From assembly GCA_964270895.1 (NCBI GenBank), contig OZ185436.1: a DNA stretch of 64,000 nt; one strand, written 5' to 3'. Positions 38,801 to 51,811 of this stretch are shown piece by piece; within the stretch, counting starts at the first letter, position 1, and every line of letters starts with the position of its first letter. The DNA is from Podarcis filfolensis (lineage: Eukaryota). The notes under the pieces were generated by a model, which saw only the letters and a program-made list of their open reading frames with translations, was not told the origin of the DNA and did not search any database. The translations under genes were made by a program, and so were the position numbers.

Positions 38801-41800
38801 AAAATCTGTACACTTCACATTACAGTACGTACTAGCCACCAGTTGCTAGCTAATATGAGGACACTAATAGGACCCCAATACTGCTGCCCTACAACAGGCA
38901 GTGGGGCTGCTCTCTTGTTTCTGGGATTACCCTGGTTACACATTCCAGGATGATAGATATTCTTTATTACTGACAGGTCAGCCCTTCCCTGTCCATAGCC
39001 ATTTCATCCTCAGGATCAGGAAGGTTCTCATTTTGCTTCCTGGGTCCAGACACCAAAGACTGGGCTGTTTCTTATCTTCAGCATCATTTCTTCATCTTCA
39101 TATCTGCTTCAATGGCACAACGCCGCCCTCTGGTTCCCCCATCCTAATCAAAATGCAGAGAGAAGGGAAGGCACTGTTATTAGCAAGACTGTGTCAAAAG
39201 GAAAGACTGCTGGCTGCCATCTGTGTTGCCAGGAAAGACTGACTGCACAGACAGGCAGTACCACTTGCCTTCCTAAAACACAGAGGACTACTTTATGAAA
39301 CCAGCTACAGAGTTTGCATGTGAACTCAAAAGGGGAAAGGGGGAAATGGACTTTTGGCATTGGCATATGTGATGATGTGTTTGCCCCATGTGAAAAGTTC
39401 CAAGTCATTTCTTTCAGTGGGCAGAAAGGATGCTGACTAACATACCTGATCAACTGCTGCTCTTTACAGAAGTTCTCTTCCAGGTGGGTGACCCTGCCAC
39501 TATCTCCCTAGCATGTCCTCACAGCGGCTCTCTGTGAATGTACGGAAGCTAGAGAGATCACTTCCATCTGCTGCCCACTCCATCTGGCTGCCTTTCCTCA
39601 TGCTTCTCTGTCTTTAATAAATAGGCATTAGAAAACAATCCCTACCCGCATTCCCTTGGGTGGAGGATGAACCTGCCAAAACGCATCTTTGGGCAGAACA
39701 GCAGCTTTCTTACTATAGGACCATGGCTGCATCCATGGAAACAACACACTGTATTTTAGTCTTCTTGCAACGTACACTGTCTAGAACTATCCCATAGTTT
39801 GGAGGAGGCTTCAACACAAACTGTTGCAAGAAGTATGTATGAAACAGCAGCTCATATGTAACTAGATTTCTCTTTACAGCCGGGGAAGCTGTTATTGAGA
39901 CAACCCTTCCTGGGGATCTTTTCCTCTGCAATTCTCAGAATAATTTCACAATTTTATTGTTGTGTTACGTCTTACAGAAAGCTGCTCTGAGAGTCCTGTG
40001 AGCTACGAAGGCAGGAACCAAGCTTTAGATGTGAATAATTAAATCCAACATAGGGATGCAGGGAAAACAAGGGAAGAGCCGCAAGCCAAGGATATTACTC
40101 TGCAATGTGGACTTTAGTGCGTAACTTTACCCTCTAAGCAAGTGTTGCCTTTTTAAATGTAGAGTCTTGTGATCTACCCAAAGCCAGAATGGAAGGAGAC
40201 AGACTGAAGAAATGAAAGGAAGTGAGCAGCCTGCAGCCAGAAATAACAAAAAGTCCCCCACTTTCCCCCAGACATCCAATCACAAAACAATACACTGAAG
40301 CAAAAGGGGGTAGAGATATTTCTTATGTTTCAGCAACCCAGACATGACCATAGTCTGATTGTAATTTTAGAAAGCCCCTCATCATGCAGACAATGTCCCC
40401 ATATTGTTATTGTGCTGCTGAAAGCGTAATCATTAAGTACTTACAAAGAGAGAAAGGAGGAAGGCAGGGGAGCCCATGGGGACACTGTCCTGTTAAAAGA
40501 CAAACAGAAGTAGCAAATGAATTTGATGGAAATATACACATCCACGCACAGGAAGACAAGACAACACAAGGTGGTAGTCTAAACCACTGTTTTCCAAACT
40601 ACGGTCTGGGACCCACCAGAGGGCCTTGGGCCACTTTCCAGCATCCTCAGTGCCACAGCCTCCCCTGTGCTTCCTCACTTGCCTCCCTGCCTCCTAACTG
40701 GACTATAGCCTTTTGGCTGGACCAAAGACAGCACCAGCAAATTCTAATCAGAACGCAGGAAAGTTCAGGTGGGGAGGAGGTAAAGAAGGTCTCCCTCCTC
40801 TCAGGGAAAAGGGACAGAAGAGGTGTTGAAGAAAGTTAGAAAGTAAGATAAAATATTAATATTTGTTGTTGTTATTATTATTATTGATACTAATAAGAAA
40901 ATAAACAAACTGGGAACAAAAAAGAAGAGTCTAAGAAAGGAAAGCTATTATAGGAAAAAGTGAATGTAAAAGGACCAGAGAAGAGGAATGAAACAGGCAG
41001 TTTGAGTTGGTTGGTTGGTTGGTTGGTTGGTTGGTTGGTGGGGAAATAAGTACAAGTTGAGTGTGAAAGGAGAATAAGCAGAGATGGGTAATACTGCTTT
41101 AAAATGCAGGTGCAGGTGGAAAGGGAAAAATATAAAAGAAAAAGACTTCTCCACTTAGAATATCTGAATCAGTGAATCTGGCTTAACATGGGAAAACAGC
41201 CACAATACTTGCAGACTAATGTTTGTACTTAGCTTGAGGAAAGGTGAGCTATGGAACAAGGACAGCAATTTGCTAGCCAATTATGGCAAGCTCTTCCTCC
41301 CTCTGCCACTACCTTCTGACTGGTTCACCTCAATAACGTTCAATCATCTCAAATTGGTGCTGGGGGTAGAAAGTTTGAGAACCCCTGGTCTAAACCAAAA
41401 AAGCATGTCTCGATTGGGCTCCTGACTTCAAGTTTTGGAAAAGTGACTTCTCTGTCTCTAACCCACCACTCAGATAACAGAATAGAGCTGCTCTTCACAC
41501 ACTGAAATGCTGGTAGCAATCCTCAACTTCAAGGACAAATTAATTTTTCAGTGTACTAGATATTGAAAAATGCAGGATATGGGGGCAAGGGAGAGGGACT
41601 GCCACAGCCATCTTTGTTACTAATTAAACCGAAAGGGTAAGCCCACTTCTATTCCGAATGAGACTTCTAAATGAAGGATTCCAAAGCTTCTCTACTCCCC
41701 TCAAATGGATGCATCTATCAAATGGCTGAAACAACTTCCCCCAAACAAATCAAAGGTTCTTGTTAGCCCCCACCTTCTCTGAAGCATCTTGTTTCCGAGT

Positions 41801-44800
41801 GGAATCTCGTCCACGCAGACTTTTTGCACTGATCCCAGACTCAGACGTCTGCATGATCAACTGTGTGGCTAGAAATTGCTGCAAGAAACCACATAATAGC
41901 TATTAAGGTTCTCAACATGAATGCAAGTTTAGTGGCTTGCTACAGAAACAATGGAGGTAACTTCAGTTTACTGGTTTGTTTCTAAGCCTGCATTCCTTTT
42001 GATTGATCTTAGGAATGGTAAATCATGCAGGGATGGTCAGACATCAGGTTTAACCAGTTTCTCTCTAAGAGGATCTTAAAAGCTAATGAGACAATAAAGA
42101 TGCCGCAAGGAGCAGGCATCTTCTCTAGTGTACTTAGTGCTTCCCATACAACATCAGGATAAGAACAGTGCCCCACTGAAAACTTCCGACTGTGGCTTTA
42201 CCTGAATCTGCTCCAAGACATCTCGCTGCATTTCCACAGCCATGTGGTATACATCATGGTCAGAGCTGTTGTACATGACAGCATTTTGGAACATCAGCAT
42301 GATATCACGTTGGAACTCTGCTGTGGTCCGGATTAGCCCATTCTCAATATTCTTCTTAATGGTTGATAAATCCATTGGCCTGTCAATAAAACACCAGACA
42401 AACGTTACCAAAGAAATTAAATTTATTAATACAATCTAAAAATATATTTAAAAATAACTAAACTAGCTGTTCTCCCCGCTTCTGCCAAGAATCTGATCAT
42501 TGTACCTGATCAACTTTATTAATGCTAGATTGAAGAGACTGTCCCAGGTATATGCTGGCAGTGTCTGAAATCTGCAGGCTGACTGACGTCCAGGACAGAT
42601 CTGTGACAGATGGCAACAACACTAAGGCAAAAACTGGTGACTCACCTCTGTACAATACTGTGGTAACCTGGAGCTATATCATCGGTCACGGGCTGCAAGA
42701 AGACATTGGCATACCTGTGCAACAAAAAATGTGCAAGAGAGTGACACAGGACTAGCTACTGAAAGTTTGAGTACATACAAGGTCAGTGGAAGTAACACAA
42801 CTTCCACATGCAGAAGTACAGAACTGTTTCTCAACATGCTCTCCACTCATTTGCTCAATATGCTATAGCCAAGAGAATTCTACACCTGAAAATCCACCTT
42901 CTATGACTGGAGATGCACAAAGAGGAAACTACATACCAGTGCTATATATGCATATTTTTGTACCAGTTCCATCAAACTGGCAAAGCGTAGTTGGGACTTG
43001 AGAAATATGCACATAGAGCAGTAGCAGATATGCAGTCAGATGGATGTACTGTGAACTGCACCACACAAAGATATGACACCCACGGAAAATAGAAGATAGG
43101 CTACAGAATTCTGCTGCAGATGCCCATGTGGTAAGATCACTCAATACCTTTTCAGTTTTCTTCCATAGCCATCAGTACCTGGCATGTTTTGAGGGTTTAT
43201 GTTTCAATTTGACAGCTTAGTTTTTCAAAATTTCATGGCGTTTGCCAGGTTTTGTGCTAAAGGCTCGCATGGAAATGCTTAGAGTTGCAACATTTAATTG
43301 ATTAAAAGTTTTAAAATATATTAATCTAAGCAATTAATCAACTAAAAAGATGCCCAATTAATCAGGCAGATTTTTAAAAAATTAAGTGCAAGTACTTCTA
43401 AGGACTGCAGATGGCAAACACCCTATTAAGAAGAGGCATTCCCCTTTCTCTCACACACAAGGAAATGCCTCTTCTAGAATGAATGTTAGTACAACAGACA
43501 CATACAGCAGTCTCTCCTCTTCCTACATCGGGGGTAGGGAACTGCCAGGTCATTTCTCCCAAACCATGGCCACCCACACACCCATCAGCTGACATCACTG
43601 GTGACATCAGCTGATGAGTGGGAGGGCAGGGTCTAATCCTGCATTGGCTACGCATTCCCAGCAGGGAACTAGTCCATGCAGTCAAGGCAGCAGTTTAATC
43701 CCAAGTTACTTCAAAGACTTTAGTATAGCTCCTGCACTCCCATTTGTGGCTCCAGAGACTCAAACAGGAACGTGGGCGCTGTTTTAAGGCCTTCTGCAAG
43801 TCTATCTCCACCCTTTTTAAGTCCCCGATCTTGGAGGCTTGAATGGGAACTGCAGAGAGACTTGGAAAAGGGTTTTTGAGTCTCCTCCTGCTCCCATTTT
43901 AAGCCTCTGCAATCAGTAGCTGAAAAAGGGGGAGCACAGGGAGACTCGCAAAGCACAAGGGATTTTGACAGGTGGATGGCCCTGCCAACCTGTCAAATTT
44001 GCCCTATAAGGCAGATTCTGGTAAAAGACTTGGCCCATGGAGCCAAAAAGGTTCCCCATTCCTGTTCTACATGCTTGGACACTGGATGCAAGTTGATTTA
44101 CCTGTGATTGGCTGCTGCTCTCCAAACTAACATAATAGCCTTTTTCCAGATCTTCTGGGCCTGAATAGCCTCCTGATCCTCACTGCAAACAGAGCTGAAG
44201 AGGAAAAGGCATCTATTAGAAAAGGACACCCAAAGGCTCCTAAAGCAAAGCAAATAACCACAATCTCCAACATCCATCCCCTCCTACTTCAAATTTATCT
44301 AAGTTAACAAAAAAAGAAAAAAAGAAACGTTTGCTGGTCTCCTAAGCAAGCAAAAGTCTAACCTTGAGGCTTCTCCATACAGCCAAGAAGTTGTACAAGA
44401 AGAAGAAGAAGACTATAACATTGCATGGGTCTCAGCTAATTCACACTACATACCACTGTACAAAGGGACAAAATTAGTCTCAACTTTCAGCAGGCTAGTT
44501 GCATGTTCTGGGCTATCTAGTGAGTAGTTGTAGGTTCACCAATACTCACAACTGTGAGGAGGCGGGGCTGCTGGGAATGGAATCAGCCAAAGTGTGAGAC
44601 TGCAAAGGCGCATTATGGATACTGAAGCCATCATCACTCTCACTCACAGGGGGCTCATTGTCCATTTCAGAGAGGTATCCCTCACCCTGATCTTCCTCTT
44701 TGGGCTCTTCCAGACTGGCAGCCTCACTGGCACCATCCTCCTCATCCTCTTCACCCTTAGATACAAGATTAAGATTCCAGCAAATCAAGTAGCACAACTA

Positions 44801-47800
44801 AGGTGCAGCTGCCAATAACAGCATCTGCACCAGCTGCCAAAGAAGACAGCAGAGGAAAAGGAAAAGCTATATGAACAAACATCTGCTCCTAGCATACTAG
44901 GGAAGCATGATTAGGGAGAATGCCTTTCAGCTAACTTCCCCACACAAGTCTATCTGCTTGCTGAGATTTACAGAAGGGACCCTGTCCCACTTCCCCCACC
45001 CCAAGTCACAGGGCCTTCACAGAAGTGGCACCTCTATCAAAAGGCAGGTGTTTTTTCCTCCCTCTCCTACTTTTGAAGGATGGCAAAGCCCACTCTTCTC
45101 CATCAAGACTTTTTCAACAATTTCAGCTTCTGCTCCCTTCCCCTTGATTTCTGTAATTTTATGCCAGCATCTTAAAATCTATGGATGGTATTGTTGCCAG
45201 GTTTTGACATGCTTAAGACGAAGGATGGTACCTCATCCTATTAGCACAATGATTTCCACTTTTACAACAGGACTCTCCCTACCCCAACCTCCCCAAAGAG
45301 ACCCTGCCCACAGGCTTACAATTTAGAGGTACACAACACAAAAGGGAAACAGACTGGGTGGGAGAAAGAAAAAGCAAACTCAAGTATAAGTTCTTCATTT
45401 CAAATTCTTCCAGTGGGCAGCTGGAGTGGAAAACTTCACGAACAGGTGCCAGAATTGCTGGTCTCTCAGCTGCTCAGGTGATATGGCCCTGCACCCCTCC
45501 TCCCCCACTGTTGGATGTTAATGGCTGCTGCTAAGTGAGCTGAAGGAAGCAGCCTAGCTTCTCAGCAGAGCTGGTAGTGGCCCTGAATCCCTGCACCACT
45601 ACTTCCACCCACCCAGTGCAGCCTGCTGCCAGATATTAATTATATTGCATTTTGTTACACAATACTTTGTTCATTCTTTTGAAGGTCTTTGGCCAGAAAA
45701 AAACAGGATAGGAATAAATATTAACACACAATAGCACAGCTACAAGGGAGGCCTGGATCTCTGCCTGCAGGAAGATTAACTCAACTTTTCCTTTTCGTCT
45801 GTAATTTTTGAGAACCTGGTATACATTGGGATCACACTCTAAATTAATTCTGGCATTCTCCACCTATGGCCTCAGATGCAAACAGCTGACAACTACTTTC
45901 ATTCTGCATGTAAGTCAAGAAATCTGAGGGTAAATAAAATACCTTCAGCTGGTTCTCAAAAAGAGCTTGGGCTTCTTCCTTCATTGATTCTGGGAGGGGG
46001 GAAAAGGGGGAAAATTTTACTCCAATAATTTCAGGCAGTCAGATACCAGCCTCCCTCCCTAGCAGTGTCACAACCAGTTCCCCCTTCCCCAGCAAGCCAG
46101 TCAGGTTACCTGAAAGCTCATATTTGTGGTGAAGATCTGCTTGTGAGGAATCTTCGCTTGCACTTGGTGCATGTGGGGAGGAAGTATCATCATCAGGGGG
46201 AAGCTAGAAGGAAAAGAATGGCCTCACATGAGCAACAGGACCAGATTCCTACACAACTCAGCATTAAGTCATATTTTACACCATCAGGACTCTAAAGGCA
46301 GACAGCAATTGAACAACGAAACAGCTGCATCCACAGCAAAGCTCTGCATACCTGAGCAAGTGGCTCCCCAAGAATCTAACATATGGCCAAAACTGTGCAT
46401 ATGCTGTAGCCCCACAAGTACAAAGAAATGGAGAATGAAGTGTTCAGCTGACTGTGAATCCAGATTTCATTGATAAAGGGTGACAGCACAATGTACTTGG
46501 TGGGTAATGTCTTCCAAGTGACAGGGATAGTTGAAGAACATTCCCGAGGGACTGGGGACAGGGATTCAGTACTCACTGCCACTGCCTTCTGGCTAGCAAA
46601 ACAAGAATACCCATAATCCCTGCCCCAATTTCAGCAATTTGCATAATCTATACATGCCAGATTTTTATTTGGGGTAAATCTAAGAATGCCCAAGCACAGA
46701 TTGCACAGAGTGAATACAGTTAGTTTGTCAAGTCAGTTTGGCAAACAAACAAATTTGCTCGTTATTGTGCACTAAGCATAGGTCTGAAAAACATCTTCAA
46801 GCTAGGGGCCTCCCTCTCTCCTCCCATACCTCGTCTATCAACTGATTCCCCATTCATGTTATATCCAAGAAGCCTCTTCATTGATTTACCTCTGTCTTCA
46901 CTGTGCCATGATCCATTTCAACCTTTGATGATTCCATCTCCATTTCAGAGCACTCCAGACCAGTAACCCGTGTCTCTTCATCTTCAGGGGCTTCACTTGT
47001 TCTGGTTGCTAGTGCAGAAGCTTCCTCAGGGCTCAGATGAATCTGTCCCTGCTCAGAAGGTTCCGTCTTTATTTCTGTTCCCAGATCCCCAATGCTCATC
47101 AGATCTCTGATCCCCTTAGCCTCTGATTCCTCACAGTCTGGTCTCTCCTGCTTTACAGTCACAGCCATTGGGGGGATCTGACACTGCTTCTCGTGCTCCT
47201 GTTGGATTGGGTGCTCTCGTTGGAGTGGGTGCTCCCAGGGGTCGGTCAGCGACTGAGGATCCTCAATCTCATCGCAGAAGGCCTCTACTGCTGCTACATC
47301 CAGGACTTCAGAATGGTCGTCCACCTTTACCAACAGCGATACAAGCAACAATCAGAGGCCACGAGAACAATGGAGATGTAAAGAAAGACCTTGCACTATC
47401 CCGTATATTCAACAGGCTAGGGTGCCAAACACATGGGAAGAGTAGAGGTCTAGTTCACATGTCACATTGAAACAGTAATTTAAACAATATGAATGAGCAG
47501 CATGCTAAAATTGTGGGTGCCTCATGACTCTCCAGTTGTGCTGAGCCAGGGTATACCCTGTAGTGTCACCTGAACCCAGCATGAAGTTTATTTTAACTAT
47601 GGTTTCATGTGATATGAGAAGCATGACCAAGCCTCTAGATAATTTTACCTTGTCTTCAATGATAGCTATGATGTCCCCAACAGTCTCAAAGTCCAGTTCT
47701 TCCCCCGTGTAGGAAACTGCAATGTCCATCTTCTCAGCCAGATCTAGGTCTTCCTTCCCATCAATGCTGTGGTCTTTGGAAGCCCCTACAGCACCAGATG

Positions 47801-50800
47801 CCCCAGAGCCCAGGCAATCTTTCTTGATGGAATCAATGATCATGGAAATCTCACTGCTGTCCATTGACACTGTCACAGTGTGAGGATCAGGCACTGCCTC
47901 CATGGAAACACAGGTGTTGGGCTGACTCACTGGACAAGAGTGACAAGTCAAGTGAAAGCCTGGCAGCTGCAGCAACCAGCAGCATGGGTCAGATCAAGAA
48001 AATCAAAACACATTCTACAGTCCCCAAATAAAGGCACATGCAGGCTGATGGCCCCTATTTTCCCCACCCTCCCAAATGATGAGAGTCAGAGCAGGAGCCA
48101 TCTCTTAGCATCGGAGTCTAGCTCTATCCCTCTTGCTAACTTCACCCCAGATCATCTTTCCTTTATCAGTTCCTGCACCCTGCCTGAAATACAAGGGGGA
48201 CTCTTCTCAACAACCTCGGGCCCCTGGTACAATGAATCCCAAAATCAACCACCCGGCTACAGATTTTAGAGACGCCCACAGCCCACATCCACATAGACCT
48301 TCTACCGAACCTAAGAAGGAAAGTCTTCTGCAAAGTATGGGCGGGCATACGAGTGCAAGGACGCACCTGTCGCTACACTTTCAGGAGTTGCAGCGGGTGG
48401 CACAGCAGCTGGTGCTTGTAGCGTGGGCACCATGACTAGAGTTGCCTGAGACACGGACTCTACAGGGGGAGGCAGGAGTTTGCCTGGAGGTTCACTGGCA
48501 ACAGCAGAAAAGGAAGCAAGCGATGTGGTGAATTGCGCTGGACCAGCTTCTAAAAGGCGGGAAAGTGTAGGAGCACCTAACAAAAGTGTGAAGAAGGGGG
48601 AAAGCACATTAGCCAAGAAGCTACAGAATACTACAGAGCAAGCAATCCTTGGGCTCTCGACCAGCTCATGCCCACCAGGGTTGCACACGCCGACACAAGT
48701 CACAAAACAGACCACAGAGAGCTGTCCTAGGAGTCACTTAGCAGGGCTCAGGAGCATATACAAGCAAGGATCACTGTGTGCTTTTAAAAGAGGAAGGGCA
48801 GCATTTTATACCACTAGAAGAAATTCTAATCTGGGCAAAACAACTACGTTTTCGTACACTGAACAAATCCTAGGAGGTTTTCATAGCTTTCCCTTTATTT
48901 GCAAAACCTAAATTCAATTTTCAGTATTTAAAGGTGTGCAAAATTCACAATATTTTGGTATAGATGAAATCGGATAGGGGAAAGAAGGGAGTGAGCAAAG
49001 TTTGACTGAGCAACAATGCCCAAGGGATAGCAGGATTCTGGAGCCATGGGAGCTAGTAAAGTATAAAAGGCCTTTCATGGAAGCTCAACACAAGTCTTCT
49101 GCTGAATCCGGAGTGTTTAGCAGACTTGGAGCCCACATTTTTTTCCCTATAAGGTTTATCATTGTGAGAATTATCTTTTTTAAAAAAGGAGGACCAAGCT
49201 AGGAAGGCAATTCGGCATCAATCAAGATCTTATGTCATGTAGCAGGGCTGGAGCAGACAAAGTCTGATGCAGAACTCTGAAGCCAAGCCTGTATATGCCC
49301 AATGTTAACAGTGCTCTGGGAGTATTTGGACCAAGAGAAGGTGAATTCTGCAACCAGTATAGAATACAAAGATTTTTCTTTCCATCACTTCCCCAACACC
49401 TGCATTTCCCTCAGGAATTACACACTTTTAACACTGTTTTAAAATGGGCCAGAAAACTACTTTTTTAAAAAGCTGAGATTCTCAGGGTACTTTGTGCTGC
49501 ACTTGGAACCAATCTTTATGTTTGTATAATCCTTTTGCATCTACAAGGGGTGTATCACACTGGAGAGCTGGATCCAAAAGCTGGATCCAAAAATGGCTGA
49601 GCCTCCTTGGGTTAATTAGCTGACGTCGTAGGACATTATGTGACTGAAACTTCAAAACTTGGCTCCAACGGAAGATTCAGGAGTATATTCACACTTTTCC
49701 TCCTATTATTATTAAACTTTTCCTCCTTGAACTTTCCTGCACTTGATGCCATAAGACGTCAAAACAAGGGGGGAAATTATTATTTATTAAATCTGTATAC
49801 CACCCTATACCTGTAGATCTCAACCTAGTGGGCTAACTGCTGAGGTCTAGTGGTCCTAATTAAGTTCCCTACCTCCAGCCTACTACTAGGTGCTTAACAA
49901 TGAGGGCAGGGGGGAGTGAGGGAAGGAGGGAGGAAAGGGGGGGGCAGGGAAAAAGGACACACACCATGGCTCAGATAAAAGTCTCATGGTATCAGTTAAA
50001 TACATACAAAACAGCATAAAAAAAAATCATTCCAGTCGCACCTTAGAGACCAACTAAGTTTGTTCTTAGTATGAGCTTCGTGTACATGCACACTTCTTCA
50101 GATAACATGCACACGAAAGCTCATACCAAGAACAAACGTACCAAAAGAATGGAGGAAATGGAAAGGAACATTAAGCTAAACATGAGATTAAGGGGAAGTA
50201 AGCAAACGAAGTGATTTAAGGAGGAGAATCAAGGCAATAACATTCATAACACGAAGTAACATGATCAAACATCACACAAAGCCCCGACACATACAAGCAA
50301 AGTTTTGACTAAAGGCTTTGCCATGCAGATTACATATTTGGTCTCCAAGGTCTCAGCTTTCATAGAATATGTTCTTGATTTATTCACATTATTTGAAACA
50401 GGACCCTCACATCCCCTGCTGTTCTCAACACAAATGGCAGACCAGAAATTACACACTATAGCAGTGGATATCTTCTGAAGCCCCTTCCAACTCTAGGATA
50501 CTAATGCAGAAGAGAGAAAAACAGAACAATAGCAGAATAGGCCTACCTGAAGCAGCAGGAGATGCAGGAACAGTAGTTGAAGCTGACTGCATTTCTCCAC
50601 CGTGCAGCCCTGGAAGAACCCCTCCCACTTCCAGGAGGAGACCAGAGCTGCTTGTGTGACCAGAAACTACTGTCATGTCGCTCTCACCCACCTGCCAAAG
50701 GATATTCACATACTAAAAACCAATACACAGACTCTCCCACTGCTATCCACACACAAGGTCTTGCGTGTACTACCAATAAAACTAACTCAGGTTCTTGCAG

Positions 50801-51766
50801 CTGGCTCCGCTGAGATGCTCCAGCTGCTCCCATGTAGCATTTAAGCAAGGAGCCAGCAGCATGGATAAAGTCAATCAAGTAAATAAAGTCAATCAAGCAC
50901 AGAGGCAAGGAAAATCCAAAATAAAAAACTCCCTCATTCTCATCCAAAGAAATAACACTCTGCTTCTCATCCATGGCTAGAAATTCAGGTTAGCTCGGCT
51001 TAATTTGTTAGAAATGCCAGACAGGAAAGATCAGCTCAAAAAGGAGAAAACTGTAGAGCTTTCCTTGGAAACACAAGGCAGATTTTTTTCTAAGCCCACC
51101 TCCCCAATATAATCAATGCTAAAAACATAAAATAAAACCTTATGTATTAAAAAGTCACAGGAGAGAAGGAAAAAATAACCAAGGTGTATATGAAGCAAAC
51201 AAAGACTACATTGCATAGATGGTCACACAAATCCCAGATGACCTTACTCATATGAAGGGATCCCCATATGGCTGCAGATCCTCCCGTTCCACATAGTGTC
51301 CATTCCACCTGCCCATGCACACTCACCAATGGTGAGAGAAGACAGACTTTATGAGACAGATGGGAAAGCTGCGGCCCTCTGGAGATTATTGGACTAGAAT
51401 GCCCATCAGCCCAAACCCAATTGGCCATGTGCCTGGGGCTGATGTGGGTTGGAGTCCAACATGTGGAGGGCTACAGTTTCTTCACACACCCCTGCTCTTT
51501 GGGGATCCCGCCACATGCAGGCAGTGAACAAGCTCTAAATATATTAAGAGAGCAAAACAAAATACATTATGGCTGCCATCCCATACACACTTACCTGGGT
51601 GCATGGGATTGCAGTGCAAAACATCCAAATTATTGTGTAATTGTGTGAGGTTTCCTAAAGTTCTTGCACTAAATCATGTCTAATTTGACATTAATGTTGT
51701 AAACCATCTAAAAGTCTTTTTTGTTCTGGTAAATGATATATAATTTCTGTTAAATAAAATAAATAG

Positions 51767-51811
<45 letters not shown>

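Noticed and set aside
39060-39086. Stop-codon readthrough at the BRD8 short-isoform TGA
   Set aside because: Context is TGA-TGC, not TGA-CTAG, and another in-frame TGA follows one codon later.
49567-50897. Short direct duplications GCTGGATCCAAAA x2 (49567-49592) and ATAAAGTCAATCAAG x2 (50865-50897)
   Set aside because: Two-copy slippage events with no spacer array; not CRISPR-like or clearly functional.
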